Shown: positions 1 through 10,951 of the stretch, in pieces
How the letters are laid out: each line of letters begins with the position of its first letter
Position numbering within the stretch: the first letter of the stretch is position 1
Assembly (NCBI GenBank): GCA_965218095.1
Contig: OZ244587.1
Location: 5,216,001 to 5,280,000 of the forward strand
DNA length: 64,000 nt
DNA from: Candidatus Poribacteria bacterium
GTDB lineage: Bacteria; Poribacteria; WGA-4E; PCPOR2b
Direction of reading: 5' to 3'
The notes under the pieces: generated by a model
Seen by the model: only the letters and a program-made list of their open reading frames with translations
Database searches by the model: none
Told to the model about the DNA's origin: nothing
Made by a program: the position numbers and the translations under genes

Positions 1-571
1 AGAGGACGTTGGTTTTTCCATCGGGCATAATCTTGTAAATTTTCCCGTTTGTTCCCGTTGCTGCATAAAGGGCACCTGCGTCATCGAAGGCTAGCGCCCA
101 GACGTATTTCTCTTCCGAGCTGAGTATCGTTGTTGGCGGGGTGCCCTTCCCCGTGATCTTGTAGATTAAACCGTCAGGCGCTGTGCCAGCATAGATGTTG
201 CCATTTGTATCAATGGCAAGGCTTAGGATTGAAACTTCTGGTGAGTCGTAAAAGAGTGATGACTGACCATCGGGAGTAATACGATAAATCTTGCCTTCAT
301 TCCCTGTGCCTGCGTAAATGTTTCCGTTGGAATCCTCGGCAAGGCACCAGATGTATATCTCCTGGGTATCTGTAAAAGAGAGCTCTAATTTAGGCGCTAA
401 CATGAGCTCCCCCCGACTCGACACTGAAATATTTTGAGGGGTACCAGATTCAAAATCTTTCTGGTGCTGTTGTTCCCAAATCTTGGTTGTCACTGCTAGT
501 GTTGGTGGAAGATTCATCGAAAAGAAAATTGAAATGATACCGAAAATATGAAAAGCTCGGGGAAGCGTCAT
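1..571 (-). CDS. Secreted beta-propeller (WD40/NHL-like) repeat protein, partial (runs off window start)
   Basis: Manual translation from ATG at 571 (AGGAGG RBS): MTLPRAFHIFGIISIFF...IWCLAEDSNGNIYAGTGNEGKIYRI...SLAIDTNGNIYAGTAPDGLIYKI...ALAFDDAGALYAATGTNGKIYKI; repeated blades; not in ORF track. Confidence 0.8.
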   Translation of the reverse strand, partial: MTLPRAFHIFGIISIFFSMNLPPTLAVTTKIWEQQHQKDFESGTPQNISVSSRGELMLAPKLELSFTDTQEIYIWCLAEDSNGNIYAGTGNEGKIYRITPDGQSSLFYDSPEVSILSLAIDTNGNIYAGTAPDGLIYKITGKGTPPTTILSSEEKYVWALAFDDAGALYAATGTNGKIYKIMPDGKTNVL

Positions 572-606
572 CAAAAAATATCCTCCTTAGTAATTGGCTT
601 ATAGCC

Positions 607-2481
607 TTATCTTGGGGCGTTGCGGTCAATCGTGAATCGCAAAAATTGGCTGCCGGAGACCACATAAGGCGTCGTAACCTTCTCAAAATGCAACGTGGTG
701 CCGCGGGTGAAGCCGCCTTCGCCGGATTGGGTAGGGGCGCTCATCACGGAGAGCATGGATACTGGAAGATTGGGAAACTCTTGTCCCTGAACGGTCATAC
801 CGATTTTAGGCACAAAAAGTTCCAGGATGATGTCATTATTGTTTTCTTCACGTTGCAGCAGCTTAATCAGTTGATTGATGTTCGTCGGACGGTAGTTCAA
901 GGGGGCCCGTGTCTGCTGCCAGGTTTGATAAGAAGAAGCACTGATAGCTAAGAGTGTGGTTAAGCCTTCGGGGGTGTCATTCGGAATCGTAATAGAACCT
1001 GTTTGGATAATGGGCTCTTCGAGGTATGGGCGCAGGCGCATCGTTACCTCAATTTTTTCGCCAGGGCGATATCGATCTTTGTTTATCCGAATTCCCTCAA
1101 TCACCGCCGTTTTGCGTTTGTCCTCCATCTTAATATCGATCTCTATGCCCTCCACATCAACCTTCGCGTATTCATTGCCAATCAGACTAAATAGTGGTGA
1201 CAATGATAGGGCCGCCTGAAATCCTGGCGAACCGCTGGAAGAGTAGACATTTTTACGAACAATCTCCCACGATGCCAAATTCGACTGATCTTTTAGAGAA
1301 ATTGCCGTATTGATGTTGAGGGTGTGGTCGCCACCACTAATCTCAAGTCCGTTGATGAGGTTCCAAAGACCAATAAGCGTGATTAACGCTGATAGATTGC
1401 GATGGCGCATCACCTCGTAACGCATTGGATGGGTTTTGCTATCCATTGTTTGAATCTCGGCATTAACGGGAATAAAGCTCGGATGGGAGCCAATTAAGCC
1501 AGCGATTGCTGCCTGGCGATCTTGTACGAGTGTACCGATCGGTTTTGTTGGGGAAGCCACTTTGAAAGATCGGGTAATGCTTGGCAAAGTGAAGTGAACA
1601 TAACCACCGGAAATCGGCAGATTAACGTTGCCTTCTCCGAACATTGCATGTCCAAAGCCTATCACTTGGTTGCCTTCAATATAGGTCATTGTTCCGTATC
1701 CGAAGGCAGTAAAGTCCCCACGGGCATACTCAATGCCAACGACCTGTCCCGGCTCAGTAGGAGCACTTTTAACGGGCGAACCACCACCAGATCCTTGTAT
1801 CGGACTCAAGCGGTATTTATCAAAGAACGGCTTGAGAATTCCCATCGCTTGAGGGGGCAATCCTGAAAATGCAACGGGAATCTGAAGACGTGCCGAATCA
1901 ATCCCTTGAGCCGGTCTGAGTGAAATCCCCAGTTGTGTTTCATGGGCCAGTTCTTTGTCAGGAATCAAGGGGAACATTTCAGTTCCATCCCAGGCGGTAT
2001 CTGAACCGAAGTTAAAGAGGCTCCCGCCTTGATAGCTCAGATTTGGCTGCATTCCCCGTTGTGTCACATCAACCATTAACTCAATTGGTGTAAATCCGAC
2101 AAGGTTTGCATGTTCACGCTGGAAAAAGTAGCCAAGAGAAAGCGCACCAATGAGCCGTCCTTTGATATACCCCGGACTCCCACTCATGCCCCCGGCAACC
2201 CCCGTCTTATCAAAATTCTTACTGATTCCTCTGACCCATATCACATGCCAATTGGGCATGAAATTGTATTCAATACTGACAACTTCAAAGTCAAACTTTT
2301 CAACGGTTGTGCCGGAGAAAACGGTATACGCCTTTCCCCTCATGCCGGGCTCAATCTCTGATAGCGGCATAAATTTCGATGCGTCCCACTTAATTTGCGC
2401 ACTCGCTTGAAGCACAGCCAAAAAGAACATGCCGGTAATAAGTGCAAAACAGACCTTTTTCAAAATGCTCACCTCATTCAA
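607..2481 (-). CDS. SpoIVB peptidase S55 domain-containing secreted protein
   Basis: Signal peptide; GVAGGMSGSPGYIKGRLIGALS motif; GTMTYIEGNQVIGFGH. Confidence 0.85.
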   Translation of the reverse strand: MNEVSILKKVCFALITGMFFLAVLQASAQIKWDASKFMPLSEIEPGMRGKAYTVFSGTTVEKFDFEVVSIEYNFMPNWHVIWVRGISKNFDKTGVAGGMSGSPGYIKGRLIGALSLGYFFQREHANLVGFTPIELMVDVTQRGMQPNLSYQGGSLFNFGSDTAWDGTEMFPLIPDKELAHETQLGISLRPAQGIDSARLQIPVAFSGLPPQAMGILKPFFDKYRLSPIQGSGGGSPVKSAPTEPGQVVGIEYARGDFTAFGYGTMTYIEGNQVIGFGHAMFGEGNVNLPISGGYVHFTLPSITRSFKVASPTKPIGTLVQDRQAAIAGLIGSHPSFIPVNAEIQTMDSKTHPMRYEVMRHRNLSALITLIGLWNLINGLEISGGDHTLNINTAISLKDQSNLASWEIVRKNVYSSSGSPGFQAALSLSPLFSLIGNEYAKVDVEGIEIDIKMEDKRKTAVIEGIRINKDRYRPGEKIEVTMRLRPYLEEPIIQTGSITIPNDTPEGLTTLLAISASSYQTWQQTRAPLNYRPTNINQLIKLLQREENNNDIILELFVPKIGMTVQGQEFPNLPVSMLSVMSAPTQSGEGGFTRGTTLHFEKVTTPYVVSGSQFLRFTIDRNAPR

Positions 2482-2503
2482 TTTTTCGGCTCCGAAATCG
2501 TGT

Positions 2504-2618
2504 TAGGACTTACGCACTTCAAACTGAAAAAGTCTCGTCTTAACTGAATCCTGAATCCGAATCAAGATACAAGATGCAGGCAGACCTTGAATCCGAGGAA
2601 TCAACTACGTAAGTCCTA
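2504..2618. mobile_element. MITE, 115 bp, TIR TAGGACTTACG, 5-bp TSD CGTGT
   Basis: TAGGACTTACGCA...TACGTAAGTCCTA flanked by CGTGT at 2499-2503 and 2619-2623; related copy at 41660-41800. Confidence 0.8.
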
Positions 2619-2794
2619 CGTGTTTAACATTCTCACTTGTTGCACTTGCGGAAAGCCGTAATCTAGCTCTCAAAGTTCAGCCTATGATAACAATTTGTCT
2701 CAACTGATGTCAAGCCAATAATCGACTAATCAGCGGATGGGCAAATTGCAGAATGATCGGGACAACTGCGTAATTCCTCTCAGATTCAAACACC

Positions 2795-3583
2795 TTATGC
2801 TTCTGCCACCGGCACATACTCCGGAAAGATCTTCGGATAACTGCGTCCGGTTGAGAGTTGCCGTGTCGCTGCATCAATATAGCACACGCTGAACGCTCGC
2901 CGTGGGCGATTTGTTGTGTTGACTTCTGAGCGGTGTAACGTCCAGTTATGCAGCAGCACGACCTCTCCCATCTCCATCTCCAGATAGAGCCGCTTTTCAT
3001 CTGGCGCGTGAATCACCCTTTCCTCTGGAGACAACTGGTCACCCTTCTCGGGAATGAGGCTTTTGTGCGACCCCGGAATAATTTGCAGACACCCGTTGGC
3101 GACACAGGTCGCATCCAGCGCCGTCCAGATTGTTACCTTCGGCGGAATGCTCAGTCTCCAACCACCGACTCCATCCTGATGCCAATTGATGACGACGCCC
3201 TGCTCCGCTGGCTTGTTGAAAAACATCGACCGAAAAGCGGAAATCTCCTCGCCGATAATCTTCCGCGTAATGTCCCGGAACAGGGGGTATTGTATGTAGG
3301 GGAGAAACAACGGGTCCTGTTCAAGGTCTTGAATCTTTCGGTATTTCAACGATGAACCTTTGAATTCTTTCGTCTGCTTTGACAATTCCGGCTTTCGCGC
3401 TGAAGGGCACAACTGCATCAGCATGTTGTCGTAACAGATGTTCCCCAGCATGATATCGTCAATGCGCCGACAAAGTGCTTCGACCTCTTCGTCTGGAGCG
3501 ACTTTGCCCAGACGTACATACCCCTGCTGGTGAAATATCTTTAGTTCCTCGTCAGTCAAAACCGGTTCGTGCAGCCCATCCAT
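2795..3583 (-). CDS. Phytanoyl-CoA dioxygenase (PhyH) family 2OG-Fe(II) enzyme
   Basis: WHQD, ANGCLQIIPGSH, LHRSEVN..RR motifs. Confidence 0.9.
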   Translation of the reverse strand: MDGLHEPVLTDEELKIFHQQGYVRLGKVAPDEEVEALCRRIDDIMLGNICYDNMLMQLCPSARKPELSKQTKEFKGSSLKYRKIQDLEQDPLFLPYIQYPLFRDITRKIIGEEISAFRSMFFNKPAEQGVVINWHQDGVGGWRLSIPPKVTIWTALDATCVANGCLQIIPGSHKSLIPEKGDQLSPEERVIHAPDEKRLYLEMEMGEVVLLHNWTLHRSEVNTTNRPRRAFSVCYIDAATRQLSTGRSYPKIFPEYVPVAEA

Positions 3584-3784
3584 AGTCTAACCTCCTGATT
3601 ATACCTCAATTTCGGCACAGTATATCACTGAATGCGTGAGAAAATCTGTTCCAGTTAGCGTATCGAAAAGACGATCAACGATTTGAGTTCAAGAGTTCAA
3701 ACGTTCAATGAACCCATGAACTTTTGCGACGTTAATCTTCCAGTTCCGATGTGGATTCTCAAAAGGGGGGCTCCACATCATTTC

Positions 3785-4369
3785 TTAATCGCTCTCCAAG
3801 AGACCACCGGCCTCCAATACACGCCAGAAGGCGTAGTCCGCATGGTGGACAATCGTGTTTTCCAAGCTGCGGACGACCAACTCACCCTCGCCCGAATGCG
3901 CACTGGCTGCGTGCGCGACTGCCTCCGGGAGACCTACGGTCAGACAGATGTGCACACCGTAGGCCGGATGCCGAATCGATGGCCACCCGGCGGCGCGCGG
4001 GGAACTTCGCCAGCGGTTCTGGTTCTCCGGATCGAACTCCCACGGTTTGCCCACGTCATGGCACAATGCGCACGCGATCAGGAGATCACGGTTGACCTCA
4101 AGTTCGGGAAACATCGCTGTCAACTCGTTGGAGATTCGCATGGCAAGCCGCGTGACGCCGCGAATGTGATCTGCCTGCGTCCCGCGTTTGAGCGGCGGCG
4201 TGTCGGGATTGCCCGATGGGCGAATCTCATCAATAGAATTAAACGAACTTTGTCCCAGGCCGTACGCCCACGCATCAATGACTTGGTTGCGCAGCGTTTC
4301 ATCGCCGATCTCGTTCACCTCGGGCAACGAACAAATGACCGATTGTCGTAATTCTTCAGAAATTTGCAT
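3785..4369 (-). CDS. HD domain phosphohydrolase
   Basis: DHI...ALCHDVGK...H..HADY. Confidence 0.85.
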   Translation of the reverse strand: MQISEELRQSVICSLPEVNEIGDETLRNQVIDAWAYGLGQSSFNSIDEIRPSGNPDTPPLKRGTQADHIRGVTRLAMRISNELTAMFPELEVNRDLLIACALCHDVGKPWEFDPENQNRWRSSPRAAGWPSIRHPAYGVHICLTVGLPEAVAHAASAHSGEGELVVRSLENTIVHHADYAFWRVLEAGGLLESD

Positions 4370-4518
4370 AACGTCCTCCTAATTATTCCGCCAAATTTGC
4401 TTTGACAGGTGCGCTATCACGAAATGAAGACCAGCCTCCTGGGGCATGAACCTCACGGCGTCGCATCTGAAGCGTGAAACCTCGATGGATCGGGGCAGGC
4501 TGTGATGCGTTAGATTCT

Positions 4519-5978
4519 TCACGTTTCGGGCTTGGTATCCCACTCACCAATCAAGGGCACAGGTGTCCTCGCGCAACGAAAACCAGCAAAATGGCCCGTG
4601 GACGAGGGATCGAAAAAAGCGCGAGCGGCGACACGCAGATTGACCTCACGGCTGTTCCACGCGCCACCACGCCACACGCGGCGGGTTTTGACACTCTCAA
4701 AATCGTTATTAACAAACGTGATTAATTTACCGGCGATTGGGTTGATTTCTGGACTCATGGAATAGAATTCTTCGTTGTATGCATCGGCGCACCATTCCCA
4801 GACATTGCCTGCCATATCAAACAAGCCATAGCCATTTTTTGGAAAACTCCCAACAGGAGCGATCCCGTCCCATATATCTCGTCCATTTATGCCTTTATAA
4901 TTGGCGTTATCATGAGTGATTTCATCCCCCCACGGATACCGCTTGCCAACCAGTCCACCACGAGCCGCATATTCCCATTCGGCTTCAGTGGGAAGCCGCT
5001 TGCCGGACCACTGGACATACGCGGCGGCATCATGCCAAGCCACGCCAATGACAGATTGATCAGGGGTGTTAACGGATGGGTCATTCCATAATCTGGGCGC
5101 CTTGTGTCCGGTTTCATCGATGAACTTTTTATACATAGCGTTAGTGACTTCAGTCACATCTATATAGAAGGGATCGAGGTGAACCGTGTGAACCGGGAGT
5201 TTGTGGGGTAAGCCTTCCCTAAAGCGATCGCCCATCGAAAACGCGCCGGCGGGAATTAGAGGCATGGTTGTTTCATCCTTTTCCGAGACAAACTCTGGCT
5301 TGGCTGTGACGGCAATCGTTTTTTGATGCTCCGCTGTAACAGGGGCAGGGGCATTGTTTCGTAGAGTTAGGGTAATTATATATTCTCCGATCTTTCTGTA
5401 GGTGTGCGATGCTGTGAAGTCTTTACTGAATGCCGTCTGCTGTCTGTCTCCCCAATCCCATTGCACTTCGGAAATGTCATAATGCGTATCGCGGGATGCA
5501 TTGTCCTCGACTTTTATCTGGCCATCTAAAAAATCGCCAACGGCTTCCGCAGTCACATTGAACGCCGCGACAAGCTCATGTCCAACCGGATTAACGACGA
5601 TCTCGAATAAAACGTTCTCGTCATCGCGAGCAATACTACCCAGTCCTTCTCCTTGATAGATAAAGTGTTCCGCCTTTTGATACTTCTACCTCAATGACCT
5701 GATTTGCCCTAAAGGAAATCTCACTGAAGGTGATCATCTCAATGGACCGATTTCTTGGCTTGACAGAGAAATTCTGACTTGTCGTCGTTTTCTTCATACT
5801 TTGTCCGGTAATCGTAACCCGCACAGCGTATTCCCCTCCCTCGGTAATGTTTGAAAAGTTAATTGGGATTATGGCCGTTGTGGGATTTACGGCGTCATCA
5901 TCATCGCCTCCGCAAGCGGATAAAAATTAGGGTAAAGCTAAACCATATAAGCGTGGTAAAAGTTAAAGGCAATCTCAC
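4519..5978 (-). pseudogene. Lipoprotein with PKD and FGE-sulfatase (SUMF1) domains, two frameshifts in the 5' part
   Basis: C-terminal ORF 4519-5556 has WDWGD (PKD) and RLPTEAEWEYAARGG/GLFDMAGNVWEW; upstream frames give a GTG start at 5978, lipobox LSAC|GG and continuous coding after shifts at about 5925 and 5660. Confidence 0.75.
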
Positions 5979-6088
5979 TGTTTACCTCCGTTGAATTGAA
6001 TTTCACTGCACGCTGAAATTTTAGCAAATTCTGGACAGGAGATCAAGGGAAAAAGTGAGGGGTTTCTTCCTGCGCAACTTTGACTGCT

Positions 6089-6679
6089 TTAGCGGGACCT
6101 GGCATTCCGTCTCTGTCTTTTGCGAGATCGGAGCAAGATGCCGTCCAGATGCAGGTGCGTTGCATACCCAATTAAACTTGCCGTATAAAAAGGGAGTCCG
6201 AGTATAATTCGTTTCCGGATTAAGTCCAGATTCTGCGAGGACAGCAGATGATGCGGATCAAGCACATCGTGTTGGAAATAGATCGGCAGGATCAGAAAGG
6301 TAGCAGGCAGCAGTAACATCGTGAGTCTGGAATGTGTCCAGCCACGATGTTTGCCAATCAGGGGAAGCATGGCGAATAAGCCGAGAACCGCCGATTCAAT
6401 ATAGTGTTCACGAAGAATCAGTACAGCGTTAAAGACGAGAAAGATTCGATAGAAGATCTGTTGACTTTTGCTTTTGATGTCCACATCGGGCCATAGCCCT
6501 GAGAGGACAGCAATGACGAGACAACTTCCAATTTTCCACGGATCAAGAGGGACAGTTGGATTCTGATCGATGGGCAGATGAAGGACAAATTTGCCGATCA
6601 GCGACACCCCAAGCGAAACTGCGAAAAACGAACTGTAAGCGATCAACCCGCCGATGTAATGTTCACGGAACATGCTCAT
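6089..6679 (-). CDS. Membrane metal-dependent hydrolase (YdjM-like)
   Basis: H..., PDVD, HRGWTHS, GYATHLHLD; hydrophobic segments. Confidence 0.85.
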   Translation of the reverse strand: MSMFREHYIGGLIAYSSFFAVSLGVSLIGKFVLHLPIDQNPTVPLDPWKIGSCLVIAVLSGLWPDVDIKSKSQQIFYRIFLVFNAVLILREHYIESAVLGLFAMLPLIGKHRGWTHSRLTMLLLPATFLILPIYFQHDVLDPHHLLSSQNLDLIRKRIILGLPFYTASLIGYATHLHLDGILLRSRKRQRRNARSR

Positions 6680-7178
6680 AGTAAAAGCTCATTAAGGTTA
6701 AGTCGCTGTTACCCAACTAATTTCCTCAACTTTTATCATTTGCAGACGCTCAAACGCATACCAAAATTCCTCTCTCCGTCCCTAAACCCCATTGAGGAGG
6801 GGAGAGATCTTGCAATAGGTAAAAAATGTATTGGTCAGGAAGATGGCAGACAATTTGCCGCTTGGATTTGGCGAGCAAAAGTGTCGATCATCCTATTAAC
6901 TATTACACAATAGGTGAAAAAGTCGTATAAAATAAATTATACCCCGAATTTCATTGACGGGCAAGGAATACTGTTTCGTTTTCACGTAGAAAGGTGGCAT
7001 TTCACGCGATTTGTGATATAATAATAGGAAGTTCGGCAGGTCACGTCTAAATAACGAATCATCATTCTCACGCATCTACCAACATGAAGAATAAAAAGAT
7101 GTTCCATCGATTTCCGTCTATGATAACTAGGCGTTCTGTCTTCGGTTGTGCAATTGCCATTGAACCGGTTGAAACTTT

Positions 7179-7420
7179 TCACGCTAGTAAATGGCGTAGG
7201 TTAATCATAGCAAAAGCAATACAATGGAAGCCGAAAAAGTTGGCATCGGTCCTCTCAAATCGAATCAGTAATCGCTTGTATTTGTCCACCCAAGCGAAAC
7301 TGCGCTCAACGCAAAACCGCTTGGCATAAATCCCCACATCGAACAGGCGCGGCCGTCCTCGTTTTTTCTGCTTACGGTTCCTTCGATTCCCTGGGATATT
7401 AGGACGTAAGCTGTCTTTCA
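7179..7420 (-). mobile_element. IS5-family transposase C-terminal fragment
   Basis: IYAKRFCVERSFAWVDKYKRLLIRFER motif. Confidence 0.8.
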
Positions 7421-7470
7421 GGTAAAATGTCGAACCTGAAAGACGGAAAATCAGAAAGCCGGCAGGTGAG

Positions 7471-8607
7471 TTGAGGCAAATGATTGAATATATTTGCAAC
7501 CAATGCAATACCACATACTCCATTGACGCCATCCGATACAAATGCGATTGCGGTCAACCCCTTGAACTCAAAAAAAAGGAGATCGCATTTCCAATTGATC
7601 AGATAACCAGGCGAAGCAACTCGCTCTGGCGCTATCGCGAAGCCCTCCCAATTACTGATGACACATCGGTGATCTCGCTCGGCGAGGGGATGACGCCGCT
7701 CATATCCTTTGATCACCCCACACATGACCATCGACTGAAGTTGGATTTTGTTTGTCCGACAGGTTCATACAAGGACCGCGGGGCTGCCATCCTGTTATCC
7801 AAAGTCAAGGAGCTCGGCGTCCAAGAAGTCGTCGAGGATTCTTCGGGAAACGCGGGCGCGGCGATTGCGGCATATAGCGCGAAAGCGGGAATCGACTGCA
7901 CAATCTACTGTCCGGCGTCTACCTCGAAAGGCAAGCTCGCGCAGATCTCGATGTATGGTGCGAAACTAAAACTGATCGAAGGAAATCGAGCCGCAACGAC
8001 ACAGGCAGTCCTCGAAGCGGCGGAGACCACCTATTACGCCTCGCACAACTGGAATCCTTTCTTTTTGGAAGGCACAAAAACCATCGCCTTTGAGATTGCG
8101 GAGCAGCTCGGTTGGCAGGCTCCAGACCATATCATCTGTCCAGTTGGGTTTGGGAGCGTCTATATGGGCTTGTACATCGGATTTCAAGAACTTCAGGCAC
8201 AGGAGATTATCACCAAACTCCCCCGCTTACTCGGCGTTCAGTCCGCCGCGTGTTGCCCAGTTTACAAGGCTTATGCTGAAAATAGGTCGCAGATCGAAAG
8301 GTCTCCGCAAACTCATGAGACCCTCGCCGAAGGTATCACATCGGAGGCGCCAATCCGGACGCAGACCATCATGGCGGCAATTCGCAGGACAAACGGCGCA
8401 ATCGCGATCGTTGATGAAGAAGAGATTAAAGCAGGAATCAGAATTCTGGCTTCAAAAGGCATCTACGTTGAACCCACTTCAGCCGTTATCGTCAAAGCCT
8501 TCGATAAATTTGTGAAATCAGGAATTATCCGCGAAGGCGATGTAACCGTCTCGATTCTGACAGGCTCAGGCTTGAAGGCAACGGATAAGTTAATGAAAAT
8601 TGCGTGA
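7471..8607 (+). CDS. thrC: Threonine synthase-like PLP enzyme (fold type II)
   Basis: N-terminal CxxC..CxC; SLGEGMTPL, PTGSYKDRG, DSSGNAG, VEPTSA, LTGSGLK. Confidence 0.8.
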   Translation: MRQMIEYICNQCNTTYSIDAIRYKCDCGQPLELKKKEIAFPIDQITRRSNSLWRYREALPITDDTSVISLGEGMTPLISFDHPTHDHRLKLDFVCPTGSYKDRGAAILLSKVKELGVQEVVEDSSGNAGAAIAAYSAKAGIDCTIYCPASTSKGKLAQISMYGAKLKLIEGNRAATTQAVLEAAETTYYASHNWNPFFLEGTKTIAFEIAEQLGWQAPDHIICPVGFGSVYMGLYIGFQELQAQEIITKLPRLLGVQSAACCPVYKAYAENRSQIERSPQTHETLAEGITSEAPIRTQTIMAAIRRTNGAIAIVDEEEIKAGIRILASKGIYVEPTSAVIVKAFDKFVKSGIIREGDVTVSILTGSGLKATDKLMKIA

Positions 8608-8781
8608 AACGGAAAGAGTTCCCGAGGAATCCCGTCTGTAGATGCCCAAGTTTTGGAAACACGTCTTAAGGAGGATTCGCATAGTATTTGAACCATCAGA
8701 TGTATTAAGGCTATACTTCATAGTTTTTCTTAGGTCTTTCTGAAGTAATTACCTTTTTTCTGATAAATGGGAGATAACAAA

Positions 8782-8868
8782 ATGAGTGTTCAGATGTGGA
8801 TTGGTGATGTGCCAGAGTATTCCAATGAACGAAAAGCCATTGTTGCTTTGGCACGGGCACTTGACGAA
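8782..8868 (+). pseudogene. 5' fragment of a probable NERD-domain gene, cut by IS3
   Basis: GGGAG RBS + MSVQMWIGDVPEYSNERKAIVALARALDE ending at the IS end; resembles N-termini of NERD-domain proteins (recalled). Confidence 0.5.
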
Positions 8869-10124
8869 GTAAAGTGGACCCATTGTCGAGGCCAAAATAC
8901 AGGAAAAATAAGTAAGATATTTGAGATAAACTGACACTGCTTTAGCTCAGATAGACCTCAGCCGGGGTAGCATAATTTAGACTCTGGTGAGGTCGCTGTT
9001 GATTATAGAAACGGATATATTGAGTTAATCCATCAAACAGGGCTTGCCCTGTTTGGTAAAGTTTGTGATAAACATCTTCATACTTGACGCTTCGCCAAAA
9101 CCGCTCAATGTAAGTGTTGTCAATGGCTCTCCCCACGCTGTCCATACTCATAGCAATACCATCGGCTTCGACCGTATCGGTGAAAGCATTGGCTGTAAAC
9201 TGGACACCTTGGTCAGTATTGAAGATGATGGGGGTTGCCCCAGATAATGCGTGATGCAAAGCGTCGAGACAGAACTGCCCTGATAGACTATTGGATAACT
9301 CCCAAGTGATGACGTAACGACTATACCAGTCGAGTATCGCCACCAGATACATAAACCCTTTATCCATCGGGATATAGGTAATGTCAGCCGACCAGACCTC
9401 ATTGGCAGCGGTCACCTCATAGTCCCGTAATAGGTATGGGTAAATCCGATGCTCGCTGTTGATGGCTGAGGGTTTGGGATAAATCGCTTCTATACCCATC
9501 AAACGCATCAGTCGCTGGATGCGTTTGCGGTTCACACGGTAGCCAAGCCGCTTAAGATGTTGTGTCATTCGACGACTCCCATAGAGAAGGGGTTTGCAGA
9601 TAGTGCTCATCTATTTGTCTCATCAGATGCAGATTGTCTGCTGACTCTGTAGCCGGTTGACAGTAGAGGGTTGACCGGGAAAAACCGAGCAATTCACACT
9701 GACGACGGATACTCAGTTTCAGGTGGTCGGGTTCAACGAGTGCCCGTCTCTGTTCAGCGGCTTGAGGCAGCTTTTTTTTTCAACCAGTCGAGTTCCATAT
9801 TCAACCGCCCCATTTGCTCATACAGGCTCGACTCCCTGTCATTTTGCTCACGCTGTCGCTGGGTCGGGTTGGTAGCGAAAATATCGCTACCTTGTTCAAG
9901 CAACTGTTTCTTCCATTGGCTGATTTGGCTTGGGTGCAACTGATGCTCGCTTGCCAATTGGTTGATAGTTTTATCGGGTTTGATGGCTTCAACGGCTATT
10001 TGAAACTTGAATTTGGCAGTATGCCGAATCCGTTTGGTTGACATATTCAGACCTCCATTGGTGGACGGGAGTTAGACGTTATTTCTTACTTAACTCCTGG
10101 CCCGAATATTGGGGACCATTATAC
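8869..10124 (-). mobile_element. IS3-family element A (OrfA 9754-10044; OrfB 8942-about 9757, frameshifted)
   Basis: HTH OrfA; WSADITY...NTDQG...IERFWRSVKYE DDE domain; imperfect terminal IRs; no TSD seen. Confidence 0.9.
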
Positions 10125-10143
10125 CCTACCTTGGACCCTACCT

Positions 10144-10888
10144 TTGAAGCAGAAAACAACAGAGGAAGTAATCAAGCAGTTAGGTAATAAACGTTACGAA
10201 CGACTCTTAATACTCAGCCTATCTCCTCGCTTTGACGAATTAAGCGGCGTTGAACAGTTCGGCATTCGTGATCTGGGAATCTATGGCAGCGACTCGGTTA
10301 TTCAAACCCTACTTGAATATCTTGAGCCTTTTAATATTGGTGATTCAAGGATGACTTGGAGGGTGCATTGGGAAGCCGCGAAAGCTCTGGTGCATATTGG
10401 TACGGTTTGTTCAATACAAGTCTCTTATTGATTTGTTATCTGATGAGGAACTAATATCGCGGTTGATGGCTGTTGTAGGCTTAGAGATGGCCAGCCGAAG
10501 TAAAGAAGCGCGGCAATCACTTATGCGGATTGGGTTTGATTCTAGTCAATTAAAAGCGGCTATAAAAAACTGCTTTGCTGATAAGGTTGGAATTGAAGCA
10601 ATTCAATGTATATCCCAACTCCGAAGCCAATTTTTTGAGGATGTCAAAGGAGAAAAGATTATTTTGGATCTCTTTAAGCGAGTTGAAAAGAATATTATCA
10701 TTGATGCCGCTTTAGAAGCACTCGACGATGAACAAGGTAAAATGTGCGCGATTTGGATCATTGGAGAACTTGGAGACAGGAATATATTGCCACGGCTTGA
10801 AGCAAAATTGTCAGATTTAGATGTGCATACTGAAGTCAACCAAGCGATTCAAAAGATTATCCAGCGTGTGCCTGAAGGAGATATTTGA
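10144..10888 (+). pseudogene. HEAT-repeat protein, 3' part, split by a frameshift near 10400
   Basis: WRVHWEAAKALVHIG, AIWIIGELGDRNILPRL..VNQAIQKI in overlapping ORFs. Confidence 0.65.
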
Positions 10889-10951
10889 GGTGAAGGTTCT
10901 TTGCTATCAACCACGATTTTGTTGAATTCATTGTAATTAGGGAGTAATCAG

